Source of the DNA: an uncultured bacterium
GTDB lineage: Bacteria; Hydrothermota; UBA3073; NMUJ01; CBEVQO01
DNA length: 64,000 bases
Assembly (NCBI GenBank): GCA_965552055.1
Contig: CBEVQO010000001.1
Span: forward strand, 416,001-480,000
Direction of reading: 5' to 3'
Both the position numbers and the translations under genes were made by a program. Under the pieces are notes generated by a model. The model had not been told where the DNA came from. It did not search any database and saw only the letters and a program-made list of their open reading frames with translations. Each line of letters opens with the position of its first letter. The first letter of the stretch is position 1. Below are positions 47,896-56,687 of this stretch, piece after piece.

Positions 47896-47923
47896 TTGAC
47901 AGGGTTGGAAAAACTATTAAAAT
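47896..47923 (+). promoter_or_regulatory. Promoter TTGACA-N16-TAAAAT
   Basis: ATG 47929 is 5 nt downstream. Confidence 0.6.
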
Positions 47924-47928
47924 TTACG

Positions 47929-48678
47929 ATGCTCATAAGGAGAAGCACCATTTATTACTTCATAAAATTACTGGGAATTATGAATTTTCTCAACGGAGCA
48001 TACATCCTTGTAGCAATCGCCTCCCCCGAATACAAAATTTTCAAACTGATTCATATATTGCCTTTGCCTTTCACATTAATCGTGGCTTTCTCTTCAATGA
48101 TTATTGGAGCAGGTTTACTTTATCACAAAAACTGGGCAAGAATAGGTTTATTTATAGTATCTCTTCCCTTAAATCTGCTTCTACTTTATTTCATCAAAAA
48201 AGCAGGATATAAATTCGCTTCTTACCCTTTTCAAACTTTTAAAGACCCTTACATAGCGCAAATTTATGCTTCGATAAATTCTTTCTTAATACTGGTTATC
48301 CTCTTCACAAGAGAGTATGCGAACGATTACTTCAAAGGTGTACCCCTCTCACCCGAAGAGCGCCTATCTTTCAAAAAAGTCCTCATATCCATTCGAAAAT
48401 TCTTCGGTGTGCTCCTATTACTTGGTCAGGCATTTTGTTTTTACTTTATCCTTGTTGAGAATAAACTTTTTTATTTTTTATTATGGATACTGGCTTTTTG
48501 TGCTGTTGTGCTACTTGGTGCGCTACTATTCGGATGGAAAAATGCCCGCAAACTCGTTGGCTGGATAGCAATAATTGAATCGTTTTTTATGATGCTCGCA
48601 CCGGAAGTTAAATTCTGGGGAGCACTGCTAACCTTATTTGGAATCATAGTATTGATATGGCGAAGACGAAAGAAATAA
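47929..48678 (+). CDS. Hypothetical multi-TM membrane protein
   Basis: About 8 hydrophobic segments; internal duplication hint (KNWARI / KNARKL). Confidence 0.6.
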   Translation: MLIRRSTIYYFIKLLGIMNFLNGAYILVAIASPEYKIFKLIHILPLPFTLIVAFSSMIIGAGLLYHKNWARIGLFIVSLPLNLLLLYFIKKAGYKFASYPFQTFKDPYIAQIYASINSFLILVILFTREYANDYFKGVPLSPEERLSFKKVLISIRKFFGVLLLLGQAFCFYFILVENKLFYFLLWILAFCAVVLLGALLFGWKNARKLVGWIAIIESFFMMLAPEVKFWGALLTLFGIIVLIWRRRKK

Positions 48679-49523
48679 TTCTTTTTATATTAATATTTCT
48701 CGCCGATTTCAAAGTAAGGATTTTACACGAAGAAGAGTTTATCCGCAAGGATGTTAATGATTTCGAATTTAAACTTGCGGTATTTGTATCGGATTTCTTT
48801 GACTCCGTAAAAATGAATAACCCTTTCCCTTACATAAATGAGAAAAATGAAGTAGAAACAACCACAATAGGTTTACTAATGGCAAAAGAAGAATGGATGC
48901 TCTGGTCAGAACTTCCTTTCATCTTATTTATAGATAAAAACGAAAAAATATGGCTAAAAGAATTTCCACATTATAATCCGATGAGGGCTTATGCTGATTC
49001 TGTCGAAGATGACTTATTCTTGTATATTGATCAATCAAAAGGTTTCCCGAAATTAAAAATGCTTAAAGCGATGCTAAAAGAAAGATGGAATAAAGGAGAC
49101 AAAGGTGAAGATGTAAAAAAGGCAATATTGTATATTGATTCTTTGATGAAATCATTTAAAGGATATAACTACGATTCCGAAATTGCAAAATTGCTATCAG
49201 CGGAATTGTCTTTTATAGGTATGCGAACAGCATATCTAAACCTGCTTGAAATGAAAAAATTTTTAAAAGAAAGAAATGGAGAAATGCTGGCATTCGCGGT
49301 ATTTCACGCCGATACAGGAATAGCAGAATTCGACCTTACTGCTTCTAAAGATCAACCAATGCTTTATATCATAATCCCAAAAAGAGAACCAAATTTGCTT
49401 CAAATGGATTTATTATGTAATGGTAGATTAATTTTCAGAAAAAGATGCTGGCTAAATATGTCCTATTATATCAAAATTATTCCCTTATCTTTCCTCTCAT
49501 CGGAACGAAGCGAACAGGAATAA
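48657..49523 (+). CDS. Hypothetical protein with N-terminal hydrophobic segment
   Basis: Long ORF coupled to the previous gene; no family recognised. Confidence 0.55.
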   Translation: MAKTKEIILFILIFLADFKVRILHEEEFIRKDVNDFEFKLAVFVSDFFDSVKMNNPFPYINEKNEVETTTIGLLMAKEEWMLWSELPFILFIDKNEKIWLKEFPHYNPMRAYADSVEDDLFLYIDQSKGFPKLKMLKAMLKERWNKGDKGEDVKKAILYIDSLMKSFKGYNYDSEIAKLLSAELSFIGMRTAYLNLLEMKKFLKERNGEMLAFAVFHADTGIAEFDLTASKDQPMLYIIIPKREPNLLQMDLLCNGRLIFRKRCWLNMSYYIKIIPLSFLSSERSEQE

Positions 49524-50160
49524 CTGAGTGCTTTATCAAACCTTTTTCTGTCTTTATGTAAAGATTTAGAACCTGAAATTCATCTCCCTCGGGTATCACA
49601 AGTCTTCCACCCATTTTTAATTGCTCTATCAAAGGTTCGGGCACTCTTGGAGCTGCACATGTAACTATTATGGCATCATAAGGAGAATGTTCTTTCCAGC
49701 CATAAAACCCATCACCATGTTTTACATACACATTTTTATAGCCCAATCTTTTCAATCTTTCTCTTGCTGAATCTGCAAGCGGTTTTAAAATCTCAATCGT
49801 ATAAACTTCTTTGCACAAAAGTGATAATATTGCTGCCTGATAGCCACTGCCGGTGCCTATTTCAAGAACACGCTCATCGCCTTTTAAATCGAGCAACTGC
49901 GTCATCAAAGCAACTACATAAGGCTGGGAAATCGTCTGCCCATATCCTATAGGTAAAGGTCTATCCTGATATGCAAATCTCTGTAATTCTTTTGGAACAA
50001 ATTTATGACGCTCAACTTTTAACATAGCATTTAAAACTCTTTCAGATGTTATACCTTCTTCCCGTAATTTATCCACCAGTGCCTTCCTTAACCTCGCATA
50101 ATAAAGAGAATCGGGCTCTTTTGACATTAAAATTAAAAAACTAACGAAAAGCATCCTCAT
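49477..50160 (-). CDS. pcm: Protein-L-isoaspartate O-methyltransferase
   Basis: GQTISQP, VLEIGTGSGYQAA, GDG..GW...PYDAI, FVPM; GGAGG SD before ATG 50160. Confidence 0.93.
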   Translation of the reverse strand: MRMLFVSFLILMSKEPDSLYYARLRKALVDKLREEGITSERVLNAMLKVERHKFVPKELQRFAYQDRPLPIGYGQTISQPYVVALMTQLLDLKGDERVLEIGTGSGYQAAILSLLCKEVYTIEILKPLADSARERLKRLGYKNVYVKHGDGFYGWKEHSPYDAIIVTCAAPRVPEPLIEQLKMGGRLVIPEGDEFQVLNLYIKTEKGLIKHSVIPVRFVPMRGKIRE

Positions 50161-50497
50161 AATGATAAACCTCCTCCGGATGAAATATTGCAATAACATC
50201 AAATCTTACAAACTCCGGATTTAAATTTCTGGAAAAAATATATTCCTCTGCTAACTTCTTTATTTTCTCGCATTTCTTAAAATTTATGCTTTCTGCTGGA
50301 TTTCTAAGAAAGTCAGATTTCAATGACCTTACTTCCACAAAAATAATTCCACCTTCTTTTTCACATATTATATCGATTTCACCAAATCTTTTCCTGTAGT
50401 TTCTTTCTAAAATTTTAAAACCTTTTTGCTCAAGATATTTTACTGCTATATCTTCTGCTTTTTTGCCGATTTCTTTTTTATATTTTCCCGTTTTCAA
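50141..50497 (-). CDS. yraN: YraN family endonuclease-like protein
   Basis: G..AE, ILERNYR, GEIDII, FVEV, RFDVI. Confidence 0.9.
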   Translation of the reverse strand: MKTGKYKKEIGKKAEDIAVKYLEQKGFKILERNYRKRFGEIDIICEKEGGIIFVEVRSLKSDFLRNPAESINFKKCEKIKKLAEEYIFSRNLNPEFVRFDVIAIFHPEEVYHYEDAFR

Positions 50498-51125
50498 TCT
50501 CTTTTAACAATTCAAAAAATTCCGGGAAAAGTTTTTTGAATATCTTGAAGCATTTCCTGTGAATTGGGCAAAAGCCTATTTTTTTCAAAATCTCTTTATG
50601 ACGCTTTGTTGGATAACCTTTATTTTTAGCAAATTCATATTGTGGATACAAAATATCAAATTCTTCCATCAATCTATCTCTATAAGTTTTTGCAACGATG
50701 GAAGCTGCTGCTATGGAAAGGGATTTTCCATCACCACCCACTATCGCCTCCTGTTTTATATCAAGGTTTGGGATTTCAAATTTGCCATCTACAAGCACTA
50801 TTTCGGGTTTGACTGACAAATTTTTGACTGCTCTTTTCATCGCAACCTGTGATGCTATAAGAATATTCTCATAGCGCTCTATTTCATAGTGAGACACAAT
50901 ACCTATACTTACGGATATTGCCTTTTCATAAATCTGTGGCAAAAATTTCTCCCTTTGATTTGGAGTTAATTTTTTAGAGTCATTTATTCCTTCTATAACA
51001 GTATAGGGAGGGAAAACAACGGCTGCTGCCACAAGGGGACCTGCAATCGGACCCCTGCCTGCTTCATCGACGCCAGCAACATAATGTAAACCCTTATCCC
51101 AGTACTTTACTTCATATTCTATCAT
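50478..51125 (-). CDS. rnhB: Ribonuclease HII
   Basis: [26 protein letters not shown]. Confidence 0.95.
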   Translation of the reverse strand: MIEYEVKYWDKGLHYVAGVDEAGRGPIAGPLVAAAVVFPPYTVIEGINDSKKLTPNQREKFLPQIYEKAISVSIGIVSHYEIERYENILIASQVAMKRAVKNLSVKPEIVLVDGKFEIPNLDIKQEAIVGGDGKSLSIAAASIVAKTYRDRLMEEFDILYPQYEFAKNKGYPTKRHKEILKKIGFCPIHRKCFKIFKKLFPEFFELLKEIENGKI

Positions 51126-51466
51126 TCTTTCCTTTCTTTAATTCTTATTTTACCGACTTTTTCTCGCAGATAATATAACTTTGCCCTTCTCACCTTTCCT
51201 TTTCTCAGCACTTCGACTTTTACAAGATTGGGAGAATACAGGGGATAAATCCTTTCCACACCGTAGCCCTGAAAGACCTCACGAACTGTAAATGTTTTAT
51301 TTACTCCTTCTCCTCTTTTCCTTATAACAACACCTTCAAATCGCTGTATCCTTTCCTTATCGCCTTCGCGTATTTTCCACAGCACTCTTACGCGATCACC
51401 TGGTCTGAAATCCTGAACATTCTCATTCTGCTTTGTAAAGTTCTTTAAATATTCTTGCAAATTCAT
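51122..51466 (-). CDS. rplS: 50S ribosomal protein L19
   Basis: [27 protein letters not shown]. Confidence 0.97.
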   Translation of the reverse strand: MNLQEYLKNFTKQNENVQDFRPGDRVRVLWKIREGDKERIQRFEGVVIRKRGEGVNKTFTVREVFQGYGVERIYPLYSPNLVKVEVLRKGKVRRAKLYYLREKVGKIRIKERKE

Positions 51467-52130
51467 CTCGCCTCCTTTGTAGAAACCTTTCCTTTATCTC
51501 CTCGGACTTCTTCTTTCTCCATTCTGCAATCAATTTGTGATTACCTGATACAAGGACATCCGGGACTCTCATTCCTTTGAATTCACGGGGAACAGTGTAG
51601 TGAGGCGGGTCAAACGCACCCTCTTCAAAAGTGTCTGTTAAAGCCGAAGAAATATCACCAATAACACCCGGCAATAAGCGGGCAACAGTCTCAATTATAA
51701 CAAAAGCGCCTATCTCTCCTCCTGATAAAATATAATCACCTATTGAAATTTCATCATCAATCAAAAACTCTCTTACTCTATTATCAACTCCTTTATATCT
51801 TCCACAAATCAAAATTAGGTGATTTTTAGAAAGCAATTCTTTTACTAAGAGTTGATTATACAATCTACCCTGGGGCGATAATAGTATTGTGTAGGAGTCC
51901 GGGCTACGCAACTTCTCCAGAGCATTATAAATTGGCTCTACTTTCATTATCATGCCCGGACCCCCACCATAAGGATAATCATCGACCCTCCGGTGCTTAT
52001 CACAGGTAAAATCCCGGAGGTTATGTACCCTTACTTTTAAACTCCCTTTCTCAATTGCTATCCTTACCACCCCCGCAGCCAAAAAGTTATCAAAGAGCTG
52101 GGGGAAGATGGTAAGGACATCTATTTGCAT
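51423..52130 (-). CDS. trmD: tRNA (guanine-N1)-methyltransferase
   Basis: [26 protein letters not shown]. Confidence 0.97.
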   Translation of the reverse strand: MQIDVLTIFPQLFDNFLAAGVVRIAIEKGSLKVRVHNLRDFTCDKHRRVDDYPYGGGPGMIMKVEPIYNALEKLRSPDSYTILLSPQGRLYNQLLVKELLSKNHLILICGRYKGVDNRVREFLIDDEISIGDYILSGGEIGAFVIIETVARLLPGVIGDISSALTDTFEEGAFDPPHYTVPREFKGMRVPDVLVSGNHKLIAEWRKKKSEEIKERFLQRRRDEFARIFKELYKAE

Positions 52131-52376
52131 TTATTCAAGTATCTCAAGATGCGCACGCTTACCGTGTTTCATAGATGCTGCTGTTACTATTGTCCTTATC
52201 GCACGAGCCATTTTGCCATCTCTTCCTATCACTTTACCGAGGTCTTCTTTCGCGACCCTTAATTCGTATATCGTTATTTTTTCGCCCGCAACTTCCTTTA
52301 CCTCTACTTTATCGGGCGCGTCCACCAATACTTTTGCAATGTCCTCTATCAACTTTTTTAATTGTGCATTCGCCAT
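52131..52376 (-). CDS. khpA: KH-domain RNA-binding protein
   Basis: [22 protein letters not shown]. Confidence 0.93.
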   Translation of the reverse strand: MANAQLKKLIEDIAKVLVDAPDKVEVKEVAGEKITIYELRVAKEDLGKVIGRDGKMARAIRTIVTAASMKHGKRAHLEILE

Positions 52377-52377
52377 A

Positions 52378-52620
52378 TCAACCTCCCTCTTTCTTTGCCC
52401 TTCTATAAAGAGAAAGAACCCTATCAGTAGGCTGGGCGCCTTTCTTTATCCATTCCTCATATTTTTGAACATCAAGTTTAAAATTATCACTCTTTATTGG
52501 GTCATAATAACCAATACATTCAATATATTTGCCATCTCGCGGCGCCCTTGCATCTGCTACAACAATACGATAAAAAGGTCTATTACGCTTGCCCATCCTC
52601 ATTAACCTTATCCTTACCAT
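52378..52620 (-). CDS. rpsP: 30S ribosomal protein S16
   Basis: [25 protein letters not shown] before ATG 52620. Confidence 0.97.
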   Translation of the reverse strand: MVRIRLMRMGKRNRPFYRIVVADARAPRDGKYIECIGYYDPIKSDNFKLDVQKYEEWIKKGAQPTDRVLSLYRRAKKEGG

Positions 52621-52633
52621 CTCACCCCCTCTT

Positions 52634-52660
52634 AATTTATCCATTTTCAGAATTTGTCAA
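52634..52660 (-). promoter_or_regulatory. Promoter TTGACA-N15-TAAATT
   Basis: Upstream of the rpsP SD. Confidence 0.65.
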
Positions 52661-52691
52661 CCAAAAATTTAAAAAATTTTGAAATTTTTAC

Positions 52692-52718
52692 TTGACAAAA
52701 TGAAAAATTGATTAAATA
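52692..52718 (+). promoter_or_regulatory. Promoter TTGACA-N15-TAAATA
   Basis: ATG 52725 (rpmF) is 6 nt downstream. Confidence 0.6.
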
Positions 52719-52724
52719 AAGCGT

Positions 52725-52898
52725 ATGGGTACTCCAAAGAAAAGGCAATCGAGAGCAAGGAAAATGAGAAGAAGGACGCTCGCGATGAAATATACTCCGC
52801 CTCAACTCATAAAATGTGCTAATTGCGGTAATTTAATATTGCCTCATACACGATGTCCCAACTGCGGATACTATAAAGGCAAAGAAATCACAGTATGA
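52725..52898 (+). CDS. rpmF: 50S ribosomal protein L32 (Zn-binding form); absent from the ORF track
   Basis: Hand translation MGTPKKRQSRARKMRRR...CANCG...PHTRCPNCGYYKG; directly before plsX. Confidence 0.93.
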   Translation: MGTPKKRQSRARKMRRRTLAMKYTPPQLIKCANCGNLILPHTRCPNCGYYKGKEITV

Positions 52899-53857
52899 GA
52901 ATAGCAATCGATGCAATGGGTGGAGATAAAGCTCCTGATGTTGTGATAGAGGCACTGAAAGATTTAAAAATTGATGCAGAATTAATTGCAGTGGGTAAAA
53001 AGGAAGTGCTTGAAAACAGAATTGAAAATGCAGAAATCGTGGATGCACCTGAAGTTATAGGTATGGATGAACATCCTTTAAAAGCCATAAGAGAGAAAAA
53101 GGAATCTTCAATTGTTAAAGGTGTGAAGTTGATAAAAGAGGGCAAAGCCGATGCTTTTCTTGGTGCAGGGAACACAGGTGCTTATGTTGCAGCAGCTACC
53201 CTTATGCTTGGCAGAATAAAAGGAGTAATTCGACCTGCTCTTGGAACTTTTTTCCCGACCGTTAAAGGTTATACTTTAGTTGTAGATGTTGGAGCGAATT
53301 CCGAATGCAAGCCCGAACACTTATTACAATTTGGGATAATGGGAAGCATATTTTACGGTATCGTTTTTGAAAAAGAAAATCCAACTGTTGGACTGCTTTC
53401 AATTGGAGAAGAAGATATAAAGGGCTCTTCTTTATCAAAAAAAGCATTTGAATTGTTAAAAGATAGTGGCTTAAATTTTATAGGAAATGTAGAGGGGCAT
53501 CAAATTTTGTATGGTGTTTCCGATGTCGTCGTATGCGATGGTTTTGTAGGCAATGCTATTTTAAAATTTGGCGAAAGTATTGTTGAAATTATTTTCAATC
53601 ACATAAAAAATGCATCGAAATCTTCTTTTCGCGGTATGCTTGGTGCGATTTTATTAAAGCCAAGTTTAAAAGAACTGGCAAAAAGGATGGATTACGAAGA
53701 ATATGGAGGTGCACTGTTGATGGGAGTAAACGGCATCGTGATAATATGTCATGGAAGGTCATCACCAAGGGCTATTAGGAATGCAATAAAAATGGCGTAT
53801 AATCTTTGTAAAATGCAAATAAATAAAAAAATAGAGGAGAGATTATGCACAAATTAA
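52895..53857 (+). CDS. plsX: Phosphate acyltransferase PlsX
   Basis: IAIDAMGGD.AP, GNTGA, RPAL, DVGAN, CDGF.GN, HG.S. Confidence 0.96.
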   Translation: MRIAIDAMGGDKAPDVVIEALKDLKIDAELIAVGKKEVLENRIENAEIVDAPEVIGMDEHPLKAIREKKESSIVKGVKLIKEGKADAFLGAGNTGAYVAAATLMLGRIKGVIRPALGTFFPTVKGYTLVVDVGANSECKPEHLLQFGIMGSIFYGIVFEKENPTVGLLSIGEEDIKGSSLSKKAFELLKDSGLNFIGNVEGHQILYGVSDVVVCDGFVGNAILKFGESIVEIIFNHIKNASKSSFRGMLGAILLKPSLKELAKRMDYEEYGGALLMGVNGIVIICHGRSSPRAIRNAIKMAYNLCKMQINKKIEERLCTN

Positions 53858-54633
53858 GAAAACCTTTAATAGCAGGAAACTGGAAGATGCACAAATTGAT
53901 AACGGAGACGAGGGAATATGTGAAAGATTTGAAAAAGAGAATCGAGAACATTGAATATGTTGAAGTAGCAATAGCTCCACCTTTCACCGTGCTATTTGTA
54001 GCAAAAGCCAATATGGGTGGCTCAAACCTGAAGCTCGCTGCTCAGGATGTCTTCTGGGAGGACGAAGGAGCATACACAGGTGAGATTTCACCAAAATTCC
54101 TGTGGGATCTGGGATGCGATTATGTAATAATCGGACATTCCGAAAGAAGAAAATATTTCGGAGAAACAGACGAAGATGTAAATAAGAAAATAAAAGCTGC
54201 TTTGCGACACAATATCATCCCGGTTGTATGCGTGGGCGAAACATTAGAAGAAAGAGAAAAAGGAATAACTTTTGATGTCTTAAAAAGACAATTTTCAGCA
54301 TTCAACGACCTATCACCCGATGATATGAAGAAACTGGTAATCGCATACGAGCCCGTCTGGGCAATAGGCACAGGCAAAACAGCTACCCCTGATACCGCTC
54401 AGGAAGCACAATCTTTTATCAGAAATTTAATCAAAGAAAAATTTAACGAAGATGTGGCACAAAAAGTAAGGATTTTATACGGCGGAAGTATAAAACCCGA
54501 TAATATTGCTGATCTGGTTGCACAACCTGATATTGATGGTGGACTCGTAGGAGGTGCAAGTTTAAATGTTGATAGTTTTTATAAGATAATTGAGAATACG
54601 GAAAAAGTTTACAAAGAAAAATGCGTGGCTTAA
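53845..54633 (+). CDS. tpiA: Triosephosphate isomerase
   Basis: AGNWKM, GHSERR, AYEPVWAIGTG, YGGS, VGGASL. Confidence 0.98.
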   Translation: MHKLRKPLIAGNWKMHKLITETREYVKDLKKRIENIEYVEVAIAPPFTVLFVAKANMGGSNLKLAAQDVFWEDEGAYTGEISPKFLWDLGCDYVIIGHSERRKYFGETDEDVNKKIKAALRHNIIPVVCVGETLEEREKGITFDVLKRQFSAFNDLSPDDMKKLVIAYEPVWAIGTGKTATPDTAQEAQSFIRNLIKEKFNEDVAQKVRILYGGSIKPDNIADLVAQPDIDGGLVGGASLNVDSFYKIIENTEKVYKEKCVA

Positions 54634-54848
54634 TTACTGGCATACATGTATTTGTTTCAATACTATTGATTCTGGCGATACTTCTTCATCAGCCTCAGAG
54701 GGGTGGTTTAAGCGTATTTCTTGGAGGCGGAGGCGAATTCTTCGGCGGTAGAGGCGCTGCTCCTTTCCTCACAAAGACCGTTATCGTATTGGGGATTATT
54801 TTCGGCATCACCACATTTACCCTTGCATTTTTATATAAGACGCATTAA
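54621..54848 (+). CDS. secG: Preprotein translocase subunit SecG
   Basis: Two TMs with a Gly-rich loop (GGL...GGG..FG..GA..FLTK); follows tpiA. Confidence 0.9.
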   Translation: MRGLITGIHVFVSILLILAILLHQPQRGGLSVFLGGGGEFFGGRGAAPFLTKTVIVLGIIFGITTFTLAFLYKTH

Positions 54849-54849
54849 A

Positions 54850-55161
54850 ATGGAAAGAGCAATTATTCAAATAGGCAGTTTTCAATATAGGGTAAAACCG
54901 GGTGACAGAATAAAAGTGGAAAAACTGGAAGACACCAAGGAAGACCTCATCTTTCCTGTGCTCGCCTATTTCGAGGATGATAAAGTAATTTACGGACAGC
55001 CCTATGTCGAGAATGTAAAATGCAAAGCAAAGATAGTGGGACACGGGAAACACAAAAAGGTGATAATCTTCAAACACATACCGAAAAAGCACCACGACAA
55101 AAAGATAGGACACAGACAGCCATACACGGAAATTGAAATACTTGGCTTCATAAAAGAGTAA
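54850..55161 (+). CDS. rplU: 50S ribosomal protein L21
   Basis: AII..G..QYRV..GD, GQPYV, KIGHRQPYT; start at ATG 54850. Confidence 0.93.
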   Translation: MERAIIQIGSFQYRVKPGDRIKVEKLEDTKEDLIFPVLAYFEDDKVIYGQPYVENVKCKAKIVGHGKHKKVIIFKHIPKKHHDKKIGHRQPYTEIEILGFIKE

Positions 55162-55162
55162 A

Positions 55163-55375
55163 TTGATTAGAAACAGACAACTCATCGAAAATTTTGAAAA
55201 AATTATATTATCCAGAGACAATTCGAACTATTTTAAAAAACTTGAAATTTATGAAGAAATGTATAAATGGGCAAAATTTCTGCAAGTTTTTCCTTTAAAA
55301 AATCCAATGGAAGGAATAGAGGTTGACATAAAAGTAGCAAAAATATTAAATGGTATTCAAAAAAATAAAGCGTAA
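55163..55375 (+). CDS. Small hypothetical protein of the type usually found upstream of nucleotidyltransferases
   Basis: MIRN....FEK ... P..NP.EGIEVDI..AKILN. Confidence 0.55.
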   Translation: MIRNRQLIENFEKIILSRDNSNYFKKLEIYEEMYKWAKFLQVFPLKNPMEGIEVDIKVAKILNGIQKNKA

Positions 55376-56121
55376 AGGGTTGAACCTGAACCAGACAAAG
55401 AAACTGCCTTGAAACCTTTTTCTATCAAAAAATTTTTGATTTCATTGTAAACAGGATAATGCTTGAAAATCACTTTTTCAAAATCATTTTTCAGATTCTT
55501 ACTTACTTTCTCAATATTTTTCTCTCTCAAACCCTCAATCAGTTCATCAAAGTTTATCTCTTCATCTTTGGGTTTCAACCTGTCAAATTCTTCGTATGCC
55601 CATTTTGTTGAGATAGAAAACCCTGGATTTATCAATAAAATCTTAATCTCTGGCAAAAAATTTAAAGGCTTTACTATTTCGCCTCTGCCTTCTACTTTAC
55701 ACAATCCTCCTTTCAGGAAAAAAAGAGTGTCACTACCGATACCGAGACATATCTCTTTCATCTGATTTTCATCAAGAGGTTCTCCAAAAAGTTTATTCAG
55801 GGCTTTTAATGTAGCAACAGCATCGGAGCTACCACCACCAAGACCAGCACCAAGCCATATTCTTTTATCCAGCTCTATCCTGACATTATCATCCAAACCC
55901 GTATATTGAAAAAATTGTTTTGCAACTTTTACACATAAATTCTCCTCTCCAAATGGAGGAAAATTTGTAAAAAATTCAAATCTATCGGAATATCCAACCC
56001 TTATAATGTCATAAAAATTAATTTGCAAAAATAAGCTCTCAATTTCATGATACCCATCTTCTCTTTTTCTTTTTATTTTCAATCCGAGATTTATTTTTGC
56101 GTATGCTTTTTCTTCTATCAA
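55357..56121 (-). CDS. ispE: 4-diphosphocytidyl-2C-methyl-D-erythritol kinase
   Basis: AKINLGL, DGYHE, GAGLGGGSSDA, GSD, SGSGS. Confidence 0.93.
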   Translation of the reverse strand: MIEEKAYAKINLGLKIKRKREDGYHEIESLFLQINFYDIIRVGYSDRFEFFTNFPPFGEENLCVKVAKQFFQYTGLDDNVRIELDKRIWLGAGLGGGSSDAVATLKALNKLFGEPLDENQMKEICLGIGSDTLFFLKGGLCKVEGRGEIVKPLNFLPEIKILLINPGFSISTKWAYEEFDRLKPKDEEINFDELIEGLREKNIEKVSKNLKNDFEKVIFKHYPVYNEIKNFLIEKGFKAVSLSGSGSTLYALFF

Positions 56122-56123
56122 AT

Positions 56124-56687
56124 TCAGGAGAATGCTTCTTCCACAATCTCACATATAATATGACCGATTAAAATATGGCTTTCCTGTATTCTCTGTGTAT
56201 CTTCTGATGGCACCTTTATACAAACATCTGACTTTTCGCATAGCAAATCGCCTTTCTTACCTGTCAATCCTATAACTTTCATACCTCTCTCTTTTGCCTT
56301 ATCAACTGCTCTTAAAACATTTTTTGACCTGCCACTAGTACTTATTGCGATTAAAACATCTCCTTCTTCACCAAGTGCTTCCACCTGTCTTTCGAAGACG
56401 ATTTCGAAATCGTCATCATTTGATATAGCTGTTAGAACCGAGGTATTTACTGTTAATGCAATTGCTGGTAAAGCTTTTCTTCTTTTTTTAAGTTTTGCAA
56501 CGAGTTCACATGCGATATGCTGGGAATCAGCGGCGCTACCGCCGTTACCGCAAAGCAAAACCTTTTTGCCACTCCGTAAAGCATCAAGCACAAGATTTGC
56601 AGCCATCTCGATTTCTAACGCTTCCTCCTTAAGAAGTTCTTTTGTCCTTATATTCTCCTCTATTGATTTTATTATCCTTTCCTTCAT
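56124..56687 (-). CDS. gmhA: D-sedoheptulose-7-phosphate isomerase
   Basis: CGNGGSAADSQH, TAISND, STSG.S.NV, RIQE.H. Confidence 0.95.
   Translation of the reverse strand: MKERIIKSIEENIRTKELLKEEALEIEMAANLVLDALRSGKKVLLCGNGGSAADSQHIACELVAKLKKRRKALPAIALTVNTSVLTAISNDDDFEIVFERQVEALGEEGDVLIAISTSGRSKNVLRAVDKAKERGMKVIGLTGKKGDLLCEKSDVCIKVPSEDTQRIQESHILIGHIICEIVEEAFS

Noticed and set aside
49500..49520. GAACGAAGCGAAC resembling the GAGCGAAGCGAGC repeat motif
   Set aside because: Explained by pcm coding sequence (VRFVP); no flanking similarity
1369..52718. Reading the N15 promoters as sigma-28 (FliA) promoters
   Set aside because: Sigma-28 has a similar spacer but uses TAAA/GCCGATAA; these sites have sigma70 hexamers and drive housekeeping genes
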